A DNA stretch of 64,000 bases. Source: Nostoc sp. (GTDB lineage Bacteria; Cyanobacteriota; Cyanobacteriia; Cyanobacteriales; Nostocaceae). Under the pieces are notes generated by a model. That model was not told where the DNA came from. It saw only the letters and a list, made by a program, of their open reading frames with translations, and made no database searches. Location: the NCBI RefSeq assembly GCF_036917815.1, contig NZ_JBALEK010000098.1, positions 1,915-65,914 on the forward strand. The letters run 5' to 3'. The translations under genes and the position numbers were made by a program. How positions within the stretch are numbered: the stretch's first letter is position 1; each line of letters begins with the position of its first letter. Of this stretch, positions 51,257 through 60,674 are shown piece by piece.

Positions 51257-51290
51257 AAACAAAAGCCCACCTCAAGGTGGGCTTTTGTTT
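51257..51290. terminator. Bidirectional intrinsic terminator
   Basis: aaacaaaagcccacc-tcaa-ggtgggcttttgttt between convergent genes. Confidence 0.85.
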
Positions 51291-51325
51291 ATCTAATTCT
51301 GAGCTTTAGATTTCATCACCAATTT

Positions 51326-52996
51326 TTAGAAGGTGAAGGTAGTACGTAGAGTACCTACATATTCAGTGTCGTTATTATTGTTGTTCTCTGGATTGAAAAT
51401 TACCAACAAACCAGGAGTGACTTGAATATTATCGGAAACCTTGTACTTGTAAAGACCCTCTAAGTGATAAGAGGTACCAGAGTCAAAAGGACTATTTGTT
51501 GTTACGCTGCCACCAGTAACTTTGGGTGCTTGACCAAAGATAATACCTAAAACGTTGCCTTGTTTGCCAAAGTCTCTCAAAGCAAGTGTTGCACCGTAGT
51601 ACCAAATCTCTGCATTTTGACTAAGGCCAGTAAGAGTAGATGCAGTTGTGTAACCTCCCCAACCACTAAGAGCCAACTTCGGGCTAAATTGGAAGGTAGC
51701 TTCTACACCGTAATTGCTGGATTCAGCGCGAATACCAGCCCCAGCCCCAAAGGGGCTGTTAGCAAAAGTGCTACCTGTACCTTGGAAGAAGCTGTTAGTA
51801 CTATTGCCAGCTAGGTAGGTGTGGGCGTAGGTCAGACCAATATTGAAGGCTTTGTTGGGTTTTAAAGATAACTGTCCGAAGATAGTGCTATCACCATCGA
51901 ATAGCCCGTTATTAGCGGCGGGATTATTAGCACCAAAGGCATTAATAGTAGTAATACCGTTAGCAGTTTGATTACTACTCTGTGCTAAATAAGCACCACT
52001 CAAGCTAATAGGACCTTTAGGATTAAAAGTCACAGTCAAACCAGCACCATTTTGACCTTGACGGTAGATGGGGCTGAAACGTCCATACCGAGAGATAGCA
52101 CCAGTACCACTGCTCCTAAAGTCAGGGTTGAAAACGTCAACGTTTTCGTATAGCTCACTATTGCTAACATCAACTTTGACGCGTACTGCATCCTTAAGGT
52201 TGAAAGCATAGTTGATTTTATCTATGCTAACGCTGTTGTCGGAAGGATTTATGTCATAGCCCAAGCGGGTCATGTTAGTACCAGTCACACCACTATTATT
52301 GATGGTATTCCCAGCTTGCAGACGGATTTGCAACTGGTCTGTACCAGTGAAACTGCTGTATAAGTTTAAACGCACTCGGTCAGAGAAAACAGTGTTAGAA
52401 TTCAAGGGAGTATTTGAATTACCAGATCTAGCAGCTGTGTTACCACCAAAAGCGTCAGACACGCTGAAAATCGCTTCCCCAACCAACTTGGTGGTAGTCG
52501 AGAACTGATTAGCTTCCAACTCAGAGGTGCGGGCTTCTAATCCATCGACACGACCGCGCAGAGTCGCTAGTTCAGCAGAATATTCTTCTTGTAAGCGCTG
52601 TAAAGTAGCTAAATCTTGTTTGCTCACCAAATCGGCAGTAGCTGTAGCAATCAGTTCGTTAACCCGGTCTAAACAGGCATTCAAACCTGCGGCAAATTCA
52701 TAACGGGTTAAAGCACGGTTCCCACGATAGGTACTGTTGGGATAACCTGCAATACAGCCGTAGCGCTCAACTAGTGATTGTAAAGCTTGGAATGCCCAAT
52801 CTGTAGGCTGCACATCCGAAAACTGAGAAACTGATGTTACCTGGCCGATGTTGTTAGAATCTTGAGATTCAGATGACTGGGCAACATTTGTTACCGGATC
52901 GTTGACTTCAGCAGCTAAGGCGCTATTCGCAGCGAAAAATGCAGAAGCTACAATAACCGGACTAACCTTAAAAAGATTCCAGAATCGTTTTGTCAT
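51326..52996 (-). CDS. Cyanobacterial porin (SLH domain plus OprB-like barrel; SomA/B family)
   Basis: Start MTKRFWN; SLH FSDVQPTDWAFQAL..YRGNRALTRYEFAAGL; coiled coil; terminal LRTTFTF. Confidence 0.95.
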   Translation of the reverse strand: MTKRFWNLFKVSPVIVASAFFAANSALAAEVNDPVTNVAQSSESQDSNNIGQVTSVSQFSDVQPTDWAFQALQSLVERYGCIAGYPNSTYRGNRALTRYEFAAGLNACLDRVNELIATATADLVSKQDLATLQRLQEEYSAELATLRGRVDGLEARTSELEANQFSTTTKLVGEAIFSVSDAFGGNTAARSGNSNTPLNSNTVFSDRVRLNLYSSFTGTDQLQIRLQAGNTINNSGVTGTNMTRLGYDINPSDNSVSIDKINYAFNLKDAVRVKVDVSNSELYENVDVFNPDFRSSGTGAISRYGRFSPIYRQGQNGAGLTVTFNPKGPISLSGAYLAQSSNQTANGITTINAFGANNPAANNGLFDGDSTIFGQLSLKPNKAFNIGLTYAHTYLAGNSTNSFFQGTGSTFANSPFGAGAGIRAESSNYGVEATFQFSPKLALSGWGGYTTASTLTGLSQNAEIWYYGATLALRDFGKQGNVLGIIFGQAPKVTGGSVTTNSPFDSGTSYHLEGLYKYKVSDNIQVTPGLLVIFNPENNNNNDTEYVGTLRTTFTF

Positions 52997-53134
52997 GTTT
53001 TTACTCTCACTCACACCTACTAATCCAATGACGGTAAAATGCTTAATACACCTTACTTTCAGGAATTCTACACACAATCACAGTCATGATTATACCTTTA
53101 TGCTGTGATAAATACAAGTCATTTAATATAGTGA

Positions 53135-53752
53135 TTAACTATAATTTTTAATTAATTTATTTGGCGATCGCAAAATAATGCGGCGTTTGTGACGTAGAAG
53201 TGTTCCTTCTTCCTCCAACTGTTGTAAGAGCCGGGTAACTGTTACTCGCGTAGTATTTAAGACTTCAGCAATATCTTGATGAGTAACATTTAAATCAATT
53301 AGCTTGCCCTTATCTACGTCACGACCAAATTTTTCACTCAACCACACTAAAAACTGCCATAAACGTAGCGAAATTGGTTTTCGATGCACAATACTAAGTA
53401 GATCCTCTGCCTGTTGGATGTGAGACAACAAAGCATTAATATCTTGATGCCACAAATTAGGTGGTACAATACTTAGTTCCACGCCAGTAAGACATTCAAT
53501 CTGGTAGGGCTTGACCTTAGACAAAGGATAGCCAATCAGATCCCCCAGTCCCCAATAACCGAGAGTGATGAATGTTCCATCTTCACTCCAGGTTAAAGTA
53601 CGAACTGCACCGTGTTCAATGCGCCAAAGTACGTCATTGTGAGGTGGAATTACTTCCCGACGAGTAAATATCTGCTGGGGTAATTGTCCGATGAAAGCAG
53701 AGCTATTTGACACGGCAGAAGAGTTTGAAGTAGGACTTGTGGAATACATCAT
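53135..53752 (-). CDS. Crp/Fnr-family transcriptional regulator
   Basis: Short cNMP-like domain and HTH THQDIAEVLNTTRVTVTRLL. Confidence 0.9.
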   Translation of the reverse strand: MMYSTSPTSNSSAVSNSSAFIGQLPQQIFTRREVIPPHNDVLWRIEHGAVRTLTWSEDGTFITLGYWGLGDLIGYPLSKVKPYQIECLTGVELSIVPPNLWHQDINALLSHIQQAEDLLSIVHRKPISLRLWQFLVWLSEKFGRDVDKGKLIDLNVTHQDIAEVLNTTRVTVTRLLQQLEEEGTLLRHKRRIILRSPNKLIKNYS

Positions 53753-54167
53753 TAACTGTAATTACATAATTATCAGGGAATCTCGCTATTCACAACAATT
53801 AAGAAACTCTAATAATTTGTATTAAAATTTACCTGTATATCTGAAAGTCTATTCTTCTCAATCAGAGCTAGTACTTTGTCAATTTAGTTTTCAGGGTTTG
53901 TAGTAAACACTAAAGTGCTTAGAAGATAAGGACTAAAGTCATTACTACGAAATTAAACCTGACAGACTACTATGGACTAACTCAAAATCTTCTGAGGGCA
54001 ACAACTTCTTGTTTAAGATATCTATCAGTGAGATAGACCCAGAGTTTTTTGAGTTGTTTACCCGTTACTTTAATCGTGCAAGTTTAAGAAGAGGTAAGCT
54101 TTTAGTAAAATATTGAGTTAACTTATTTTTAATTATTTTAGTATCGTCTGACTATCAAGTAAGTATA

Positions 54168-54486
54168 TATAGGAATCCGGTTTGATTTCTGAAAAAAATT
54201 GAGTATTTGTAGGGTGCGTTATGACTTTAGTCTAAGAGGATGTTTGAAAAGTCCTTAGCTGTGATTTTAGGCACTGATTGATCCCCCCTAACCCGCCTTA
54301 AAAAGGGGGGAACCAGAATCAAAGTCCCCCCAATTTATCGGGGGATTTAGGGGGATCTCCAAGGGTTAGGCGTATACAAAAAACTTTTCAAACAACCTCT
54401 AACGCACCAAACCCTTGAAAATGGTGCCGTACTCTCGGCGATAACACACCCTACGTGTTGTTCAAAAATCAAATAGTAATCCTATA
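54168..54486. mobile_element. TATAG-ended MITE-like repeat carrying a nested element
   Basis: Matches 40628-40778 once 54236-54402 is removed. Confidence 0.8.
54236..54399. mobile_element. 164-bp MITE with 17-bp TIR and 3-bp TSD (TAA)
   Basis: gaggatgtttgaaaagt / acttttcaaacaacctc; TAA at 54233-54235 and 54400-54402; the empty site is visible in the 40628 copy. Confidence 0.88.
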
Positions 54487-54541
54487 GGCGCAAATAATTA
54501 GAAGATAGTAGGGTGGAATGGCGCTTACTTAAGCTGGATTT

Positions 54542-54574
54542 AGCTCCCCGACTTCTTGAAGAAGTCGGGGAGCT
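54542..54574. terminator. Hairpin downstream of phoU
   Basis: agctccccgacttc-ttgaa-gaagtcggggagct perfect IR; no clear T tract. Confidence 0.5.
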
Positions 54575-54588
54575 GGGTAGCACGTCAA

Positions 54589-55257
54589 TTAAGAGCGTTG
54601 ACCGGTGACAATGTATGCTACCCTTTGACCGATATTAGTGGCATGATCTGCCATGCGTTCTAGACAACGAATTGCCAGCGCCAGTAATATAATTGGCTCC
54701 ACCACACCAGGTACATCCCGTTGTTGGGCTAAAGTCTCATAAACGCGATCGTAGGCATCGTCTACAGTATCATCTAGGTGCTTTAAACGACGACCACCTG
54801 CTTCATCAAAATCTCCCAAGGCCTTCAAGCTAGTTGCTAGCATCGCCTGCGCGTGAAGGGACATGGCTTCAATGTCGGGCATTGACGTATGAGGTGGATA
54901 AGGAAAAATTTTAATCGCAATCTCAGCTAAATCCTCAGCATAATCGCCAATGCGTTCTAAGTCTCGCACCAACTGCATAAAGGCACTCAAGCAGCGCAAA
55001 TCTTGAGCTGTAGGCGCTTGCAGCGTCATAATCGCCGTACAGTCTGATTCAATTTGTCTATAAAAGCGATCAATCTTTTTATCTAATCGAGGGAGTTCCT
55101 CGGCTGCTATTAAGTTACGGGCAAATAACGCTTGGTGGCTGAGGCGAAATGATTGTTCTACCAAAGCACCCATGCGTAATACATCACGTTCTAAGCGCCT
55201 AATGGCACGTGCGAGTTGTGGTCTTTGAGGATTGGGAGTATAATCGACGGCTTTCAC
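54589..55257 (-). CDS. phoU: Phosphate signalling protein PhoU
   Basis: QAPTAQDLR, DLERIGDYA, CLERMADHATNI. Confidence 0.96.
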   Translation of the reverse strand: MKAVDYTPNPQRPQLARAIRRLERDVLRMGALVEQSFRLSHQALFARNLIAAEELPRLDKKIDRFYRQIESDCTAIMTLQAPTAQDLRCLSAFMQLVRDLERIGDYAEDLAEIAIKIFPYPPHTSMPDIEAMSLHAQAMLATSLKALGDFDEAGGRRLKHLDDTVDDAYDRVYETLAQQRDVPGVVEPIILLALAIRCLERMADHATNIGQRVAYIVTGQRS

Positions 55258-55285
55258 ACTTATTGTCTCAAAGGTGAAGATATTA

Positions 55286-56611
55286 CTAACTATAGTCTTG
55301 GCTTAGGGAGTTTGCCATAACTTCAGGAAATTGGAGTTGCATCCACGCACCACCAGTTTCTGGATGGTTCATCGCTTTGATTGAACCACCGTGAGCGATC
55401 AAAATTTGCTCAACGATCGCTAATCCTAAACCATTACCAACGATCGCTCCTATAGAGTTACTATCTTGGGGGGAATGGGTTCGCGCTTTATCTCCTCGAT
55501 AAAATCGCTCAAAAACATGGGGTAAATCTACCTCAGAAAAGCCGACTCCAGAATCAATCAGATTTATTTCTAGAATTTGGGAAGCCGCATCGCCCCCATT
55601 ATTGTCCGTTGAGCGGATTTTTGCTTGGACGTGAATGCTTGTAGAAGGAGGACTGTATTTAATACTGTTGTCTAACAAGTTGAGAAAAACTTGGAAAATC
55701 CTGGCTCTATCTGCCTTAATCCAAAGATTTTCTGGGCCAGAATAAGAAAAAGATAGATTTTGACACCCTGCTAAGGGTTCTAGTGTTTCCCAAACAGATG
55801 TAATTAGCGATCGCAATTCTACAGCTTTAGATTGCAATTGCATATTTGGGTTTGCTTCCATTTGGGTAAGTTCTAACCAGCTTTGCACCAAGCTAATCAG
55901 CCGATCAACTTCTTGCATTAGGCGGTTAACCCAGCGATTTAAAGGTGGTTCTAAACGGTTTTGTAAAGTTTCTACAACCAAGCGAATCGAAGTTAGTGGC
56001 GTTCTGAGTTCGTGCGCTAGATCAGAAAAAGAGCGATCGCGTACTTGATTTATATCTAATAGGGGTTGACGATTTTCTAAAAAGACTCCCACTTGTCCAT
56101 TGGGTAAAGGCAAGCTAGATGCCCGCAAAGCTAGAGATTTTATTGTTGGCATCTGTGCCGTATCATCAAAAGATGGATGAAATATCCATTCTCCCGTCTG
56201 TGGTTTTTGGCAATCACGAGTTTGCTCAATTAAATGGTCAAGTTCATAAGACCTTACCAACTCCAATAACAAGCGCACCTGTTCTGGTTGCCACCTTTGC
56301 AGATACAAAATTTCCTGCGCCTGTTGATTGCACCACAGCAGTTGATTTTCCTCATCCACTTGCAAGTATCCCACGGGTGCAAAATCTAGCAGGTCTTGGT
56401 AGGTTTGCAACGACTGCTGCAAATCTTGTCGCTGCTGCTTCACCATCGCTATTTCCTGCCGTAACCCAGGAATCAGCAGCAGTCCTATCTTGGAAGAATG
56501 GGAGGTTAACGGTCGGAGTAAGCGCCCCAGGTAACGGTTAAGTTGAACCTGTTGCCAAACCCAAAACCCAATGCCTACTGCTAAACCCAGAAAAAATCCC
56601 AATAAAAGCAT
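55286..56611 (-). CDS. sphS: Phosphate sensor kinase SphS/PhoR
   Basis: PAS, FSDLAHELRTPLTSI, NLLDNSIKYS, GLGLAIV; located between phoU and the regulator. Confidence 0.92.
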   Translation of the reverse strand: MLLLGFFLGLAVGIGFWVWQQVQLNRYLGRLLRPLTSHSSKIGLLLIPGLRQEIAMVKQQRQDLQQSLQTYQDLLDFAPVGYLQVDEENQLLWCNQQAQEILYLQRWQPEQVRLLLELVRSYELDHLIEQTRDCQKPQTGEWIFHPSFDDTAQMPTIKSLALRASSLPLPNGQVGVFLENRQPLLDINQVRDRSFSDLAHELRTPLTSIRLVVETLQNRLEPPLNRWVNRLMQEVDRLISLVQSWLELTQMEANPNMQLQSKAVELRSLITSVWETLEPLAGCQNLSFSYSGPENLWIKADRARIFQVFLNLLDNSIKYSPPSTSIHVQAKIRSTDNNGGDAASQILEINLIDSGVGFSEVDLPHVFERFYRGDKARTHSPQDSNSIGAIVGNGLGLAIVEQILIAHGGSIKAMNHPETGGAWMQLQFPEVMANSLSQDYS

Positions 56612-56664
56612 TTGAGTTGTTAGTTTCTTGGTGACTACTAAAAACTAACAACTATCTAAACTAA

Positions 56665-57426
56665 TTATCCAAACCTATAGCCAAAACCTCTTACAGTCAC
56701 AAGATATTCGGGATGACTGGGGTCTTGCTCTAATTTTTCGCGCAACCACCGAATGTGAACATCTACGGTTTTACTATCGCCGACGAAATCGGGACCCCAA
56801 ACCTGATCTAGTAATTGTTCCCGTGACCATACCCGACGGGCGTAACTCATAAACAGTTCCAGCAAGCGGAACTCTTTAGGGGAAAGACTCACCTCTTGAC
56901 CACGAACCAGCACACGACATTCTTGGGGATTTAAGGAGACATCCTTAAATTTTAATACTGGTATTTGGGGTAAATTACTTAGGCGTTGGCGGCGGAGTAA
57001 AGCGCGACAACGGGCTACTAACTCGCGCATACTAAAGGGTTTGGTCAGGTAGTCATCGGCACCGACCTCTAATCCTAAAACACGGTCAGTTTCACTACCC
57101 TTAGCACTGAGCATTAAAATAGGTACTGGGTTTCCTTGATGACGCAGCAAACGGCAAATATCCAACCCATTGATTTGCGGCAGCATCAAATCAAGAACGA
57201 TCAGATCAAAAGGAAGCTCCCCGGAGTTGGTTTCAAAACTTTTGAGATACTCTATGGCAGACCGCCCATCTGGGGCAGTTATCACCCCATAACCTTCTTC
57301 TTCCAGAGCGACAACTAGCATTTCCTGGATTAATTCTTCATCTTCTACCACTAGAATACGGCTGGTTTGTCCAATATCCGTTCTGGCAGAGTATTTGGTC
57401 GATTCACTGGTATACATTGATATCAC
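56665..57426 (-). CDS. sphR: Phosphate response regulator SphR/PhoB (OmpR family)
   Basis: REC LDLMLP plus winged HTH SKTVDVHIRWLREK..TVRGFGY. Confidence 0.92.
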   Translation of the reverse strand: MISMYTSESTKYSARTDIGQTSRILVVEDEELIQEMLVVALEEEGYGVITAPDGRSAIEYLKSFETNSGELPFDLIVLDLMLPQINGLDICRLLRHQGNPVPILMLSAKGSETDRVLGLEVGADDYLTKPFSMRELVARCRALLRRQRLSNLPQIPVLKFKDVSLNPQECRVLVRGQEVSLSPKEFRLLELFMSYARRVWSREQLLDQVWGPDFVGDSKTVDVHIRWLREKLEQDPSHPEYLVTVRGFGYRFG

Positions 57427-57462
57427 AAAAGTCTAGGACTGTGCTTGTATCAATTAGAAAGG

Positions 57463-57650
57463 GTCAACTACCCCGACGCAAGACGAACGTAGCTCTCCCA
57501 ATTAATTCATCGGGAATAGCCTCCAGAACTCAGTAGTTCTATTGGTCTGCCATTCCCTCCTCTTGTCAGAAGTCCTGGTTCCCAAGACTCAAATTACCTA
57601 TTAGCTTGGTTTTTGCTTGTGGCATTGATCGTTAAGACACTAACTATAAT
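57463..57650 (-). mobile_element. Degenerate IS200/IS605 right-end / omegaRNA-like remnant
   Basis: Minus strand ends GGGGTAGTTGAC; contains GGAGGGAATGGCAGACC...GGCTATTCCCGATGAA and an eroded hairpin. Confidence 0.45.
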
Positions 57651-57943
57651 ACCCGAAAAATTGGCAAGGATTGTCTTGACAAGAGCAGATTAGATTAGGT
57701 ATATTTATTTTAGTACAAAAGTACTATAGTGTCTCAAGGGGAAAACCATAACTGAAAAACAGAAGGACATAAATAACATACTATGTGGAAAATTCGTACT
57801 CCACTAAGTGTCCTATATGATCATTTCAGTATTTTCACTGTGATAAAAATGTCGATTTAAAGGCTACTCTGATGTCTGCATAGGGTAGTCATTGGTATGG
57901 CTTGCTACCCAATAAATCATTGCCTATTGAAGGGAGTTGGAAG

Positions 57944-58927
57944 ATGACTACAGTTGGAGTCAAGGACAGCAAACAACAACTAATGCAAGCATTTCAACAA
58001 ATTATTATCCAAAGAAAAAAGCTTGAATCTAAAATAGCAACCAAACAAGAGGAAGCAGAAAAGGCAAAAAGTCAAGAAATTCTCCAAGGAGCTTCTGCAT
58101 ATACCGTTGATAGTATTGTCAAAGGTTTAGCTGATTTACAATTGGAGTTTGGCAGTATTCTCAATGCATTATCTGAAAAACTAGCTCAAGAAAATTCTAA
58201 GTTAGATGAATTGAACCGAGCTATAGAAATTGAAACTCAACGCCTACAAGAGCTTCAACAAATCAGAGTGGTAGCAGATACTCTAGACATTTTAAGTCAA
58301 GAACACCAAGAAAAATTAAAAAACCTCGAACAAGATACTATCAGCAAAAGGGAAGCACTAGAAAAAGAAATTACAATCAGGCGAAAAGAATGGCAAAGAG
58401 AGCAAGCAGAGTATGAAGAAAAACTCCAAACATATAACGATTTATTGGCCAAAGATCGCCAGCAAGAACAAGAAGAATCTCAGTATAAGTTAGAAACTAC
58501 TCGTAAACTCAATACAGACAGTTACGAAGGGATAAAGCGCCAACAACAAAGAGAAATCCAAGAAAATTCTCAAAGGAAACAGAAAGATTGGGCAGAACGA
58601 GAAAAGATATTCGCTGAACGCCAACCCCTCTTTGCAGACTATGAACAAAAAGTAACTACGTTTCCTAACGAACTGGAAGAAGCTGTTAAGAAAGCTAGGG
58701 AAGAGGCAATTAAAGAAACCAGCCAAAAAGCTAAAATTGAGGCTGATTTATTTGAAAGAGAATGGGAATCTAACAAACAGAGTTATGAACAAAAAATTCT
58801 ATCTCTGGAAGAAACAATTAAGAAACAGTCTGAGCAAATAGAAGGTATTTCTGCTCAATTGCAAACTGCATTAAAACAAGCACAAGACTTAGCTATGAGG
58901 GCTTTTGGTAGTTCTAATCCTAAATAG
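57944..58927 (+). CDS. Coiled-coil-rich protein (recalled as Alr4504/LfiA-like)
   Basis: E/K/Q-rich heptads; paralog of the next gene; position after sphR matches my recollection of the Anabaena PCC 7120 all4499-alr4505 block. Confidence 0.8.
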   Translation: MTTVGVKDSKQQLMQAFQQIIIQRKKLESKIATKQEEAEKAKSQEILQGASAYTVDSIVKGLADLQLEFGSILNALSEKLAQENSKLDELNRAIEIETQRLQELQQIRVVADTLDILSQEHQEKLKNLEQDTISKREALEKEITIRRKEWQREQAEYEEKLQTYNDLLAKDRQQEQEESQYKLETTRKLNTDSYEGIKRQQQREIQENSQRKQKDWAEREKIFAERQPLFADYEQKVTTFPNELEEAVKKAREEAIKETSQKAKIEADLFEREWESNKQSYEQKILSLEETIKKQSEQIEGISAQLQTALKQAQDLAMRAFGSSNPK

Positions 58928-58980
58928 TTTTGAGTCTCTAGTATCTTAATCATTTTAAATTCCTGAAGAGGAGGTTTGTT

Positions 58981-60060
58981 GTGGTGGTGAAAAAACCGAC
59001 TGATAAGAATACTAAGGTAGAAATTCTTCAGGCGTATGAGGAGTTAGCTAAAGAAAAAGCAGCACTGAAATCGGAACTCGATCAAGTTGCCAAAGAAAAC
59101 CAATCTGGAACTAAAGAACAGCCTAAATTAGAACAAAAAACACCTATGAATCAGCTTTCTAGTGTCCAACAAAAGATGAATAATACAATTGAAAGCTTGG
59201 CAAAGATTCAATTAGGTTTTGGCAGTGCTGCTAATGAATTATCGGAACAGCTAACCACAAAAGCCTCTAACTTAGAAGAAATTAGGCGAAATTTAGAAGA
59301 AGAAATCCAGCAATTAGCACAGTTGCACAATTTAGAGATTTCTGATGATATCTTGGATACTCTCATCCAAGCCTATGAAGATAATACTAAAGCTTATCAG
59401 GATGAATATAGCCAGCGTTCTGAAGTGTTATTTCAAGAAATACTAGAGCAAAGGAATACTTGGGGAAAAGAACAGGAGGAACAGCAACGGGCGATAAAAG
59501 AACGGAATGAAAACTTGAATAAAACTCGGCAACGCGATGCGTCCGAGTATAAGTATAATTTAGAACTCCAGAGGCAACTGCAAAGTGACGAATACGAACA
59601 AGAGCAGAAAGCACTATATAAGGAACTGGAAGAATTACTACAAGAAACAGAAAAACAGTGGGCTGAACGAGAGAAAGCAATTTCTGAGAGAGAGAAACAA
59701 TTTGAAGAATTAAAAGCCAAGGTAGAGGCTTTTCCGAAAGATAAAGAAGCAGCTATTAAAAAAGCTACAGAAGAAGGTAAAGGCATTGCCCACTACCAAG
59801 CTAAAGTAAAATCAGATTTATATTCTAAGGAAGTGGAAGGGCAAAAGCGTTTCTATGAACAAAGGCTGCAATCTCTAGAACAAACTATTACTAATCAAGA
59901 GACACGGATTCAAAATCTTTCTAAACAACTTGAATCTGCTCTCAAACAAGTTCAGGATTTGGCAGTTAAAGCTATTGAAGGTAATTCAAATGTTAATTCA
60001 TATCAGGCAATTAAAGAAATAGCTTTAGAACAGGCAAAGACTCAAGCGAAAAATAAATAA
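58981..60060 (+). CDS. Coiled-coil-rich protein (recalled as Alr4505/LfiB-like)
   Basis: GAGGAGG RBS; shares LQLxFGS, WAERE, FP.E and QLxxALKQxQDLA motifs with the preceding gene. Confidence 0.8.
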   Translation: MVVKKPTDKNTKVEILQAYEELAKEKAALKSELDQVAKENQSGTKEQPKLEQKTPMNQLSSVQQKMNNTIESLAKIQLGFGSAANELSEQLTTKASNLEEIRRNLEEEIQQLAQLHNLEISDDILDTLIQAYEDNTKAYQDEYSQRSEVLFQEILEQRNTWGKEQEEQQRAIKERNENLNKTRQRDASEYKYNLELQRQLQSDEYEQEQKALYKELEELLQETEKQWAEREKAISEREKQFEELKAKVEAFPKDKEAAIKKATEEGKGIAHYQAKVKSDLYSKEVEGQKRFYEQRLQSLEQTITNQETRIQNLSKQLESALKQVQDLAVKAIEGNSNVNSYQAIKEIALEQAKTQAKNK

Positions 60061-60245
60061 GCTTATTTGTTTTTGAGGACAATTGTAGAGACTTAATTTA
60101 AGTCTCTACAAGAAATTAGAAAGCTTTTTATTCAGTTTTCTTTGGTTTTTTGATATCTGTGGGAGGTTGTAGTTTCTTCTTTGTTCCGCTAGACTGTGTT
60201 TGGTTCGATGCTTGGTTAGAATTTTGCTCTTGACTAGACATAATA

Positions 60246-60410
60246 GTGACATACTCCACACACTCCCCTTCTCTGCGAGACGCTACGCGAACGGGTGAGT
60301 GTGGGCTTCTCAACGACTCATAAAATTAATAAAAATGATATTGAGTTTTTACCTCGTATTCATCCCACACTCCTAAGAGTGAGTGTGGGGCTTCTACTGT
60401 TCAAGCTAAA
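60246..60410 (-). mobile_element. ~165-bp non-autonomous IS605-type miniature related to the 20546 element
   Basis: Starts gtgacatactccacacactcc like the other copies, has both hairpins, ends agctaaa; no ORF. Confidence 0.85.
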
Positions 60411-60674
60411 TTTTAAAGTCTACTATAATTTAATCTACATTACGGGTATTGTCGATTACCGACCTAACGCTTCACGCACCCACTGCCTAAATGCTCGCCG
60501 CGCTGTACTAGATCCTTCTGTCAGGCTAAGTTGCAAAAACTGCAATATTCCCTCAATCACAGGTAAATTCCCAAATGAGGGAATAGTTTCTATCAGCTGG
60601 ACTGGTTAAGAATCCCACACTGTACTCGGTACTCTGAGTCAGTGTGTGGATTTTTCTACTAAAGACAGAAAATA

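Noticed and set aside
54081-54122. Possible Pho box upstream of the Crp gene
   Set aside because: Only one imperfect CTTAAACT unit; 11-bp periodic partners match poorly.
60128-60241. 37-aa low-complexity ORF MSSQEQNSNQ...KKTE
   Set aside because: Too short and compositionally biased to support without conservation data.
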